This document shows, in pieces, positions 45,488-54,172 of a DNA stretch of 64,000 bases. The stretch's first letter is position 1; every line of letters begins with the position of its first letter. The translations under genes were made by a program, and so were the position numbers. This stretch comes from a bacterium (GTDB lineage Bacteria; Eisenbacteria; RBG-16-71-46; CAIMUX01), in NCBI GenBank assembly GCA_030431975.1, contig JAUIHP010000008.1, positions 44,318 to 108,317 on the forward strand. The letters run 5' to 3'. Below the pieces are notes generated by a model that was not told the origin of the DNA, made no database searches, and worked only from the letters and a program-made list of their open reading frames with translations.

Positions 45488-46876
45488 CTACCGCGACAGT
45501 AGAACCATCCGGCCTGTTCGGTCGTCGATACTCGGACCGGTCAAACGGTAGTGATAGACACCGGCCGCAGCGCGGTCCCCGTCGTCTTTCCGACCGTCCC
45601 AAACCCAGGCCTGCTCCCCGCTGTGGAACGAACGCGTCCCCATATCACGGACGACACGCCCAGCCGAATCGACGATGACCAGGCCAACGTCATAGCTCTC
45701 CCGATCCGTCGGAAGGATGAACCGAATTGAAGTTTCCGGTGAGAAAGGATTCGGGACGTTGGGCAGAACGTCCACCTTTGCGGGAAGCGTGTCCGCGACA
45801 TCGGTCGGGGATTCCTCCACCGTGATCCAGATCGGAGCGGACCAGGCGAGATCGCCGTCGACCTGGCGTCCTTTGACGAAGTAGTAGTGCTCGGCCCCGA
45901 CTTCGAGCCCGCTCTGGAAGAACGAAGCGGAGATCGAGGGTCCAATCTCGACGTGCGTGTCGACGATCTCGCCGTCTTTCCATAGCTCGAGTCTGTTGCA
46001 AAGAGTCGAACCATTCAGGGAAGTCACTGTGGCTTCGAAGGTCACAAACTGGGGAACGGTGATCTCGGAACCCATGAGGTCGTCACCGACGCGGAACTCG
46101 ATTTGGATCAGGTCCCCTTCCGGCCTTTGCTCCATGGCAAAGACTCGGCGGGAGCGCATCGCCTCGAAGACGGCGTCCCGGGTCAGTTCCGTTGCGTAGA
46201 CACCGGTCAGATAGATCCGATTCGCGTCGTTGCTGTTCTGCTGGTTGCCCCAGTTCGCCTGGTGATTGTCCTGATTTCCGTAGGGCGCGAGCTTCCACCC
46301 GTTGTCCAGCGCCTGGATCCAGATGTCCTCGTAGTCCCCGCTGTAGAAACCGTTCACAACCTCGATGCCGTACATCGAACCTTCGTACGAGGGATCGTAG
46401 GCCAGGCTGTTGAAGTGGGTGCCGTAGGTCGGGTTGGGATGGCAATACTGGCCGATCCCGTTGTTCTGGATGATGAAGTTGTAGGTCGCGGGCAGGTTCG
46501 TCGTGGAATTCGGATTCTTGACGTCACAGGCGTGGATGTTGAGGTGCCCGAAGTCGTTGAGAATCCCGAATTCCTGGGACCGCAGGGCGATGAATTCACC
46601 GGGGACATTGTTGCTGTTGGCCGAGGTCCCGAGAAAGCTCCACTCGCTGGCGGAGGTCATGTGGGTGTGGTCGCTGATGGCCAAAATGTCGATCCCCGCG
46701 GTGTTGCGGGCATAGTCGTAGGCGTCATCCGGAGGACCGGCCCCGTCGGACAACGACGAGTGGGAGTGGAAGTTCCCCCAGTACAGGTTGTAACTGGTGC
46801 CGCCCGCGATCGCGGCCTCCGCCAGGAGACCGGTCGCGAGGATGCCAACGAATGCGACATGGAGTGGGTGGCGCAT
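45488..46876 (-). CDS. secreted PHP-domain metallo-phosphoesterase (CehA/McbA-like) with T9SS-type (FlgD-Ig-like) C-terminal domain
   Basis: Signal peptide. YWGNFHSHSSLSDG and ILAISDHTH (PHP metal ligands). C-terminus LPNVPNPFSPETSIRF...AGVYHYRL...GRMVLLSR. Confidence 0.8.
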   Translation of the reverse strand: MRHPLHVAFVGILATGLLAEAAIAGGTSYNLYWGNFHSHSSLSDGAGPPDDAYDYARNTAGIDILAISDHTHMTSASEWSFLGTSANSNNVPGEFIALRSQEFGILNDFGHLNIHACDVKNPNSTTNLPATYNFIIQNNGIGQYCHPNPTYGTHFNSLAYDPSYEGSMYGIEVVNGFYSGDYEDIWIQALDNGWKLAPYGNQDNHQANWGNQQNSNDANRIYLTGVYATELTRDAVFEAMRSRRVFAMEQRPEGDLIQIEFRVGDDLMGSEITVPQFVTFEATVTSLNGSTLCNRLELWKDGEIVDTHVEIGPSISASFFQSGLEVGAEHYYFVKGRQVDGDLAWSAPIWITVEESPTDVADTLPAKVDVLPNVPNPFSPETSIRFILPTDRESYDVGLVIVDSAGRVVRDMGTRSFHSGEQAWVWDGRKDDGDRAAAGVYHYRLTGPSIDDRTGRMVLLSR

Positions 46877-47121
46877 GAAGACTCTCCCCGTTGTTTTGGA
46901 TTGCGCAGCCGTAAGGGTAGCACACGATAAGAAAGCGGCACCCCCGGAATCGAAACGATCGGTCAGCGGCGTAGCGGCACGACGACGGCCGCGCCCGCTA
47001 ACGCTTCTCTGGCCGTCCCGAACTGTGATCTTCGCGCACCGCGGCGCACCCAGCCGCGTTGGGCGGATCCTGGGAACGGGTCAACGAGAGTGACGGGATC
47101 CACGAGAGCCGCATTCGCGCG

Positions 47122-47955
47122 TTAGAAGTCGAAGCTGGATTGTGGGCGCTCTTCGCCGTCCAGGATGTCGACGAGGACCGTATCGCCCTTCCCCGCCCCG
47201 ATGCGGCGATCGGCCCGCCCCCCGGTAACCGCGATCTCCAGCAACTCGGAGGATCCGAAGAGAGCCAGGACGCCGCCCTGTCCCCCTTCCTCGTAGGAAC
47301 CCGTGACCCGATCGATGACCTTTCCATTGATCCGGATCCGGACGTTGCGCCCTTCGACGAGGGACGTGAATGTCTCCCTGCCGATGTTCGTGATGATGTT
47401 CCCGAACGAGTCGATGTACAGAACCTGCCCGGCAATCTGATTGGGGTAGGTCTTCGGGACGGGTAACGAAGCGCTGACCGGGTCGTTGATCTCCCGCCCA
47501 AACTCAGCCGGAGCAATCCCCCGTGCCAGGTAGGCAGCGGCGGGCGCAAAGACATCCCGACCGTGAAATGTGTTGCTGATGTCTGCCAGCATCAGGCTGG
47601 CGTTCTCGATGACGTGAATGGCCGCGACGTTGGCATGCTCGAAGATCCGCGTGAAGGTGCCGTTGTCGGGCCCGACGAAGTAGTGTTCTTCCGTCGACAC
47701 GATGATCGGCCGGCGAGCCGTCCCGACCCCAGGGTCGACGACGGCGACGTGAATCGAACCCACCGGGAAAAACGGGTAGGCCGTCTCCAGAACGAGCGAG
47801 GCTTCGAGAATGTCCTGAGGCGATACATGGTGGGTGATGTCGACGACGCGAACGTCCGGAAAGATGCGAAGGGCAACGCCCTTCATCGTGCCGACGTAGC
47901 TGTCTTCGATTCCGAAGTCGGTCGTTAGGCTGATCACACCGCAGGGTGGCTTCAT
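47122..47955 (-). CDS. SAM hydroxide adenosyltransferase / SAM hydrolase family (DUF62)
   Basis: ISLTTDFGIEDSYVGTMKGV, HVAVVDPGVGT and FVGPDNG motifs. Confidence 0.88.
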   Translation of the reverse strand: MKPPCGVISLTTDFGIEDSYVGTMKGVALRIFPDVRVVDITHHVSPQDILEASLVLETAYPFFPVGSIHVAVVDPGVGTARRPIIVSTEEHYFVGPDNGTFTRIFEHANVAAIHVIENASLMLADISNTFHGRDVFAPAAAYLARGIAPAEFGREINDPVSASLPVPKTYPNQIAGQVLYIDSFGNIITNIGRETFTSLVEGRNVRIRINGKVIDRVTGSYEEGGQGGVLALFGSSELLEIAVTGGRADRRIGAGKGDTVLVDILDGEERPQSSFDF

Positions 47956-48320
47956 GGGCTGGTTGAATCTCCGTCCGCAGGGGCTGTTCTCGTGTTCGCG
48001 TGGAGCCAGGCCAGATAGTCGGGGAGTCCTCCGCGCACATCGAAGACCAGGAACTCAGGCACGTCGTAGGGATGGATCTCATTCAGGCGGGACTCGAGTT
48101 CCTCGAGCCGGTCGCGGGAGGTCTTGATCAGGAGCAGCCGTTCCTGCTCGCTCGAGACCTTGCCTTCCCACCGAAAGACGGAGGTGACTGGCCCTGTCGT
48201 GGTGACGCATGCGGCCAGACGGGATTCGACGAGCACGCGCGCCGTTGCCGCGGCATCCTCATCCGTCCCCACCGTCGTCAGGGCGAGACAGGCCCCTGAA
48301 TCCTCTTCCCCGTCGGTCAT
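47952..48320 (-). CDS. cutA: divalent-cation tolerance protein CutA
   Basis: Trimmed to ATG 48320. LAACVTTTGPVTSVFRWEGKV...LLIKT...HPYDVPE. ATGA overlap with the downstream gene. Confidence 0.85.
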   Translation of the reverse strand: MTDGEEDSGACLALTTVGTDEDAAATARVLVESRLAACVTTTGPVTSVFRWEGKVSSEQERLLLIKTSRDRLEELESRLNEIHPYDVPEFLVFDVRGGLPDYLAWLHANTRTAPADGDSTSP

Positions 48321-48486
48321 GGAGGCGCAGTGTAGTGAGGGTGTTAGGTCCACGCAAGGATCCGAGCCCGAAAGCAGAAAACCGCACAGGAACTGAGCCC
48401 TGTGCGGCATCCGATCGCTCGATATCTGATCGAATCGGTTCGCGCTGAAGCGAGATCTAGTCCGTCAGCGCAAGAACGAACTCGAA

Positions 48487-48993
48487 CTAGGCAGCGCGAC
48501 GCATCTTCGTGGAGCGCGTCCGGCTGGTCGCCGAGTTGCGGCGAGCGGCCGTGGTCCGGCTGGCGGAGGTCCGGCCCGCCGTGGACCGAGCGGTGGTGCT
48601 CCGACCCGTCGTGGCCTTGCCACGGGCGGTGGAGGCGCTGCGGGAACGGCTCGTCGAAGAGGTGCGAGCCCGCATCGTCGTGCTCTTGCCCTTGGAGTTC
48701 CAGTTGGAACGGGAGCTCTTGGCCGTGGTGCTCGAGGAACGGGTCTTCGACGTGGTCTTTGCAGAAGACTTCGCCGTGGTCGTACCGCTCTTCTGGCACT
48801 CCTTGTAGGTGTTCCGGAAGGAGTTCCACTCGATCATGAGGACCTTCTGGGACGAACCCTTCGGCTTCCACCAGCAGCACTCAACGTTGTTCTTCTTGAC
48901 GAAGTTCGTGACCGAAGCCGAGGTCTTGCAACCCTTGTAGCCCTTCTTGGCAATCTGCTTCGGGTCGATCATCGTGTAGTTCTTGTTGATCAT
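48487..48993 (-). CDS. small, extremely basic protein: ~75-aa Cys/Trp/Lys N-domain plus ~95-aa Ser/Thr/Arg-rich tail; unknown function
   Basis: SD AAGGGGGA lies 10 nt before ATG 48993. Strong G/C third-position codon bias in this frame (AAG, TAC, TGC, ACC, TCG and so on). Sequence MINKNYTMIDPKQIAKKGYKGCKT...ECCWWKPKG...YKECQKSG, then TTAKSSAKTTSKTRSSS...RSRSAST...RTRSTKMRRAA. Confidence 0.7.
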   Translation of the reverse strand: MINKNYTMIDPKQIAKKGYKGCKTSASVTNFVKKNNVECCWWKPKGSSQKVLMIEWNSFRNTYKECQKSGTTTAKSSAKTTSKTRSSSTTAKSSRSNWNSKGKSTTMRARTSSTSRSRSASTARGKATTGRSTTARSTAGRTSASRTTAARRNSATSRTRSTKMRRAA

Positions 48994-49195
48994 CTGGGAC
49001 AGGTCCCCCTTTTTTGGACACGCGGTCCAACCATGGTTTTGATACCCCAACAGGGTTCGTCCCGAAGACCAGTCGACTTGAGCGTTTTCTTCCGGGTGGG
49101 TTGCAGAAATCGCCTCCCGGTCCGTGTTGGCCGTTTCGGAACCGGCGGCGATCGCGCGATCACTGGCGAATCAACGCGCGGATTCGACGACTCGA

Positions 49196-50611
49196 CTACA
49201 TGTCGGGATGTTCGAGGCGGTATCGCCACAGGAGCAGAAGACGCGAAGAAGTCTCACCCCAGAGGTCGCGCCGACTGCTTCGTACCCAGACCAAAGAGTC
49301 GCTCTCGGCAGGCGCGATCCAGAGAGTTTCGGCCGCCGTTGCGGTCTCGACGGCGAGACCGAGTTCGGGTTCGAGCCGCTTCGGTGGATCGAGCGGATAC
49401 TCTCTCCATTGCAACGCGAGCAGGTTTTCGAGATCGCGCTCGAGGTCCTGCGGCCGTCCCACCGGCCGGGATCCAGGTTCGCGTCGCCATCGCTCGTCGG
49501 CCAGGACGTAAGCCGGCGCGTTCGAGCCGGACTGCCCCGACTCCGCCGACTGGCCCGAATGCTCCGACTCCACCGACTCCACCGACTCCGAGGACTGCGA
49601 GGACTGCCCCGACTCCCAAGACACGTACCCGTCAGGATCGAGGAACGTCACACTTTGGACCGGCCCCTCTCCCAAATGGAGGAGATGGACGTTGGCCAGT
49701 CGCGGCCAACCGTCGACCATGTCCCGGTAGAAGTCACTGGGGAAGCGGCCCACGCAGTCCCGGCGGGCCGGACGGACGTAGATCTCTTCCTGATCCGGGG
49801 TGGGATGACCAACCCACAACGTGTCCGACCTCTCGTTGTGATGGATGATCCAGGTGGCTCGGGGGGGATCCAGACCGAGGCGCGAACGATCGACATCGGC
49901 CGGCTCATAACTGCTGATGAGAGGACCCCGAAACTGGCGGATGACCCGATTGATGGGAAGGGCCGCCAACTCCAGGTTTGCCGGGACCCGAGACCACCAC
50001 TCTTCGCGACTCTCGCGGGCTGCGACCAACCGACGGCCGCCCGCGATAACCTCGATCGAGTCCACAACCGGTGAACGAATCGGAAGCACCTGCGGATGGC
50101 GGAGATCGTCGATCTCGGGTACGAACGACTTGAAGGTGCTGAACGACCGAAGGACGACGACACCGGGACCGGTGGACGTCGATGCGTAGACCTTGCCCCC
50201 GGTGGGCACGGAGTCCCCGACAGCCAGGGTCCACGTGGCCCCTCCTTCCGCCTCCATGATGAACTCGTGATGGGGCGGCTCCAGTCCGAACTCTGCGGGG
50301 TCGGCATCGGGCAGACCCCGCAGGACCTTGAGTTGGCGTGCCGCCCGCACACTCTCGAGAAAACGCGTCGGGTCCGCGCGATCTTCCAACGGACGGCGAA
50401 GGAAGTACTGGTCGCCTTCTTTCTCGACGAAGGTCTCGACGCTTCCGTCATCCCCGCCGCCGAGGAACTGAAGAGAGTGCGTTTCCTCGAACTCTTCGGG
50501 AGCGGTATAGACCGTCAGGTCCAGTTCCTCGACGGGGCGACTGCGCAGCCACAGCCACCAGGCCACCATGCCGACGAGGAGAACCAGGAGAACGATGCGG
50601 GTCGATGTCAT
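49196..50611 (-). CDS. DUF4340-domain protein (GldG-associated)
   Basis: N-terminal anchor MTSTRIVLLVLLVGMVAWWLW. Motifs such as PAEFGLEPP and LAVGDSVPTGGKVYAS are typical of DUF4340. Carries an in-frame S/E/Q-rich insert from a 12-bp repeat. Confidence 0.7.
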   Translation of the reverse strand: MTSTRIVLLVLLVGMVAWWLWLRSRPVEELDLTVYTAPEEFEETHSLQFLGGGDDGSVETFVEKEGDQYFLRRPLEDRADPTRFLESVRAARQLKVLRGLPDADPAEFGLEPPHHEFIMEAEGGATWTLAVGDSVPTGGKVYASTSTGPGVVVLRSFSTFKSFVPEIDDLRHPQVLPIRSPVVDSIEVIAGGRRLVAARESREEWWSRVPANLELAALPINRVIRQFRGPLISSYEPADVDRSRLGLDPPRATWIIHHNERSDTLWVGHPTPDQEEIYVRPARRDCVGRFPSDFYRDMVDGWPRLANVHLLHLGEGPVQSVTFLDPDGYVSWESGQSSQSSESVESVESEHSGQSAESGQSGSNAPAYVLADERWRREPGSRPVGRPQDLERDLENLLALQWREYPLDPPKRLEPELGLAVETATAAETLWIAPAESDSLVWVRSSRRDLWGETSSRLLLLWRYRLEHPDM

Positions 50612-52156
50612 CTAACGCCTGCGGATCCACTGGAAGAAGCCGAAGGCAAACGCCAGCAAAGGAAAGACCACGAGCTGAAGATAGAAAATTGCCGTCAGTC
50701 CACTGCCCGATACCTTGAGCGGTGTTCCCGCGAAGTTGAAGGTCGGAAACTTGAGGAGGAACTCTCGCTCGGTCAGCCAGCCAAAGACACGGCTGGCAAA
50801 TGCAGGGTTGCCGTAGAGTCCGAACAGGTCGTCGCGGAGGAAGTCGCTGTCTCCGACCACGACGATTCGCCCGTAGGGTCGCTCGGCCACACCATCTGCA
50901 GGTGTGCGCGGACCGTTGGCTTCCCACTCGAGAGCCGTCGCGGCGGAGTGGACGCGTCGGGGACCGTTGGCTGTGCGCGTTCCGGGTTCGACCGGAACCG
51001 CCCGGTTGCCGGTTTTCAAAATGTCGATCCCGTTTGTTCCGAAGATCGGCTTGGGGGCCAGAGACACTTCCCGGGTGGATCGCAGGACAACCCCCGCCGC
51101 CAATTGCCGCGTGATTTCGTGATCGGCGAGCCCCAACGCCGCGATGGCGACGGCGTCGTCACCGAGCTCCAGAGCGCGGCTCAGCTGTCCCTCGTCGATG
51201 ATCTCGTTGTTGGGAAGAAGAATCCCACGGGACTCGAGCAGATCCTCCAGGCCCGACTCCACGCCCGGATCGAGGAACGCGGCCAGTCGCCCTCCCCGGA
51301 TGAGAAATCGTTCGATGGCCTGAACTTCTCCCGGAAGCAGGGCCGTCGTCGGGCCGGCGACAACGACGACGCGAATGTGGTCGGGGATGTTGATGAGGTC
51401 GTTGCTGTCCAGGCGCCCGACATCGATGCCGCTATCGATGAGCTGCGATCGGAAGTTGGTAAAGCCGGGTCGATCGGGAGCGAACTCCCCGTGGTCGATG
51501 GTAAAGGCCACGGTGGGACGCCGCGGGTCTTCGACCCGCAGAATGGCCTGCGTCACGTCCGGTTCGAGCAGCTCATCGACGACTTCGGTGGCGTCTCCCG
51601 CGCGAACGAGGATGGTGTTGATCTGCGGGGTGCCGTACTCCCGCGCCTTGTCGGGCTCTCTCTCCGGATCGATCCGCCTCGTTCGGATGTTCGAGACCGT
51701 CGTGCGATAGGCGTCGAGCATGGCGTCCACTCGAAGCCGCAATTGGTCGTTGTCGCGAACGAACGCGACCATTTCGATATCCGACTCGACTTCGGCCAAC
51801 GCGTCCTTCGAAGTCTGACTCAGTTCGTGGATCTTCCGCTCGGTCGCGTCAAATCGGATGCTCTGAAGTCCCAAGGCCGCCGCCGCCACCATGAGGATGA
51901 GCCCGAGAAGCAGCCAGGTCCCACTCGGCCCCGGCTCTGCGAGCTGCCGCACCCGACCGGCAGCATGGCGCAACTGCGCAGCAGCGCGAACCAGGGTCAG
52001 GACGAGCACACTGGCCGCAGCCACGAACAGCAGCTTGGGCGGAATGGCCTCCGGACCCGAAAGGGATTGCAGGAACCCCGCAGTCAGAAAAAGAAACGCC
52101 GACAGAACGAGAAACGGGAGATAACGGCTGTCGCTCTCCTGCATCATCCCTGCCAC
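50612..52156 (-). CDS. GldG-like ABC-transporter auxiliary protein
   Basis: N- and C-terminal TM anchors, VVVVAGP...L...E...FL..GG...F, VVVGDSDFLRD, a typical GldG layout. Confidence 0.75.
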   Translation of the reverse strand: MAGMMQESDSRYLPFLVLSAFLFLTAGFLQSLSGPEAIPPKLLFVAAASVLVLTLVRAAAQLRHAAGRVRQLAEPGPSGTWLLLGLILMVAAAALGLQSIRFDATERKIHELSQTSKDALAEVESDIEMVAFVRDNDQLRLRVDAMLDAYRTTVSNIRTRRIDPEREPDKAREYGTPQINTILVRAGDATEVVDELLEPDVTQAILRVEDPRRPTVAFTIDHGEFAPDRPGFTNFRSQLIDSGIDVGRLDSNDLINIPDHIRVVVVAGPTTALLPGEVQAIERFLIRGGRLAAFLDPGVESGLEDLLESRGILLPNNEIIDEGQLSRALELGDDAVAIAALGLADHEITRQLAAGVVLRSTREVSLAPKPIFGTNGIDILKTGNRAVPVEPGTRTANGPRRVHSAATALEWEANGPRTPADGVAERPYGRIVVVGDSDFLRDDLFGLYGNPAFASRVFGWLTEREFLLKFPTFNFAGTPLKVSGSGLTAIFYLQLVVFPLLAFAFGFFQWIRRR

Positions 52157-52932
52157 CTCACAAGGTCCAACCCGCGAAGCGCGACGGCGAGCAGAATGAG
52201 CGACGCTCCCAGAAGAAAGGCGACGTCACCCATATCGAGGATGCCGCTGGTCAGCGTTCGAAACCGGCTTTCGACCGAAAGGAACTCGATCGCATCCCGC
52301 AGCCAACGCGGGGCACTGGAGACCATGTTGGGCCCGGTGAGAAGGATGAGAAGCCCTCCCATGGACAGGACCGCGGCCTCGATTGGCGACCGCGTCAGAA
52401 TGGAGACGAGAGTTCCGAAGCTGACGAAGAGGAACCCCGTGAGCGTCAATCCCAGAAGACCGACCAGAGCGGCAGGCCAGTCCGGTGTCGTAATCCAGGC
52501 GAGGATCCCGGCTTGGATGAGAAAGATCGAGAAACAACCGATCAGTGCGAGAAAGGCGCCCCCCACCTTGCCGATCAGGAGGTCGGACCCGGACAGCGGT
52601 TGGCTCATCAGAAGCTCGAGGTTCCCAGTCCGGCGCTCCTCCGCGAAGCTACGCATCGTAAGAAGCGGAACGAAAAGGATGAGCAGAACACCGCCCGTGT
52701 AGTTGAAGGTTTCGGCGATGACCCAGTCGTTGATGTGGAGTCCGGCCGGTCCCGCCTGAAGATTCGGTTGGCGGGCAGTCAGAATGAGTGCCTCCCGAAA
52801 CCTCGAAAGCACCAGCATGAAGATGAGGCCGGCCGAGACCCAGAACGACCCGACGATCAGGGCGCCGCTCGGTGACCAGAGAAGTCCCTGTGCCTCTCGA
52901 GCGGCGATGTGCATTGACGAAGGCAACCTCAT
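52144..52932 (-). CDS. ABC-2-type permease (GldF-like)
   Basis: Trimmed to ATG 52932 (ATGA overlap). FAEERRTGNLELLMSQPLS motif. 6 TMs. Confidence 0.8.
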   Translation of the reverse strand: MRLPSSMHIAAREAQGLLWSPSGALIVGSFWVSAGLIFMLVLSRFREALILTARQPNLQAGPAGLHINDWVIAETFNYTGGVLLILFVPLLTMRSFAEERRTGNLELLMSQPLSGSDLLIGKVGGAFLALIGCFSIFLIQAGILAWITTPDWPAALVGLLGLTLTGFLFVSFGTLVSILTRSPIEAAVLSMGGLLILLTGPNMVSSAPRWLRDAIEFLSVESRFRTLTSGILDMGDVAFLLGASLILLAVALRGLDLVRWQG

Positions 52933-54047
52933 CCGGCTTCTCCCAACGTGAGCTGACGGAAGGCTGCTTCCAGACCGGCCGTCCCGGTTCTCAACTCCAA
53001 GAGTTCCCATCCGCAACGCACGGCGTCAGAGAGAAACTCATCGACGAGTTCCGGCTCGAGGGTCGCTTCGTAGAAGAGGGCTGCGTTAGTCGTGACCGGA
53101 TCCGTCGTCGCTGCCCCGCCCGTGGCCGCACCGGTCGTGGCTGCGTCGGTTGGTATGGTCTCGGCTGCGGCGTCATCAGTCCTCGCCGCGTCGGTCATGA
53201 TTGCATCAGTCACGCTGCTGCTCTCACCCTTGCCGCGGCCCTCACCCGCTGCGACCAGTCGATACTTGTCCCGGAGAGCCGGTTCGATCCGACTCGCCGC
53301 GGCCCGGATCCGGACCCACCGAACCGACTCGTCGGTCGAAGCCAGGTCGGACGGCCGCCGGCTGGCCACGACCTTCCCCTTGCTGAGAATCGTGACCCGG
53401 TCGCAGATGGCCAGGGCTTCGGGAAGGATGTGTGTCGAAAGCAGAATCGCGCGGTCCCTGCCCAGACTACGAATCAGTTCGCGGAAGTCGTGAATCTGGT
53501 TCGGATCGAGCCCCGCACTGGGCTCATCCAGCACCAGAACCTGGGGGTCACTGAGGAGCGCCTGTCCCAGACCCACCCGTTGCCGGTAGCCGCGCGACAG
53601 ATTGCCGCAGGGACGCGTGGCAACGTCCTCCAGGGAAAGCTGGCCGACGACTCGGTCGACCGCCTCCGTCGGGTTGTCGACTCCCTTGATCTGCGCGAAA
53701 TGTCTCAGGTACCCACGGACGTCCATCTCGGGGTAAAGGCGAAGCGCTTCGGGCATGTAACCGAGACGCGCCCGCGCTTCCGGTCCCTCGCGATAGACGT
53801 CCCGTCCGTCGAGTAGGACCTGGCCGGAGTCCGGATACTGAAACCCGATGAGCATGCGCAACGTGGTCGACTTCCCGGCGCCGTTGGGGCCGAGCAGTCC
53901 ATGGATCTCTCCGCGATGGACGGAAAAGGAAACATCATCGACCGCTTGAACCGGGCCGTAGGCCTTCGACAAGTGGCGGGCCACGACCCATTCTTTGGCT
54001 TTTGTTTCGAGAGCGACGTTTTCGTCGGCGGTCTCCGGACCCTTCAA
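52929..54047 (-). CDS. ABC transporter ATP-binding protein (GldA-like) with T/A/D-rich insertion in the C-terminal domain
   Basis: GLLGPNGAGKSTT (Walker A), LSRGYRQRVGL (signature), VLVLDEPSAGLD (Walker B). TTG start with SD GGAGGA. Confidence 0.9.
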   Translation of the reverse strand: MKGPETADENVALETKAKEWVVARHLSKAYGPVQAVDDVSFSVHRGEIHGLLGPNGAGKSTTLRMLIGFQYPDSGQVLLDGRDVYREGPEARARLGYMPEALRLYPEMDVRGYLRHFAQIKGVDNPTEAVDRVVGQLSLEDVATRPCGNLSRGYRQRVGLGQALLSDPQVLVLDEPSAGLDPNQIHDFRELIRSLGRDRAILLSTHILPEALAICDRVTILSKGKVVASRRPSDLASTDESVRWVRIRAAASRIEPALRDKYRLVAAGEGRGKGESSSVTDAIMTDAARTDDAAAETIPTDAATTGAATGGAATTDPVTTNAALFYEATLEPELVDEFLSDAVRCGWELLELRTGTAGLEAAFRQLTLGEAG

Positions 54048-54172
54048 CGTTCCTCCACTTGAGATCCCCGGCCGGAGTCGGCTACTCTTTAAGATACCGA
54101 AGGGGGATCGGTTCTCAAGTGCCGATCCCGATTTGTCTCCACCAAACTCAGCTCAACCTTTTGGAGGAGCCC

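Noticed and set aside
50096-52702. 868-aa plus-strand ORF, with similar long antisense ORFs at 38276-40753, 56527-58398, 23551-24999 and 13065-14408
   Set aside because: Each spans one or more well-supported minus-strand genes. The translations are Arg/Gly/Pro/Asp-rich without domains. The 868-aa ORF crosses three different genes. All are high-GC shadow ORFs.
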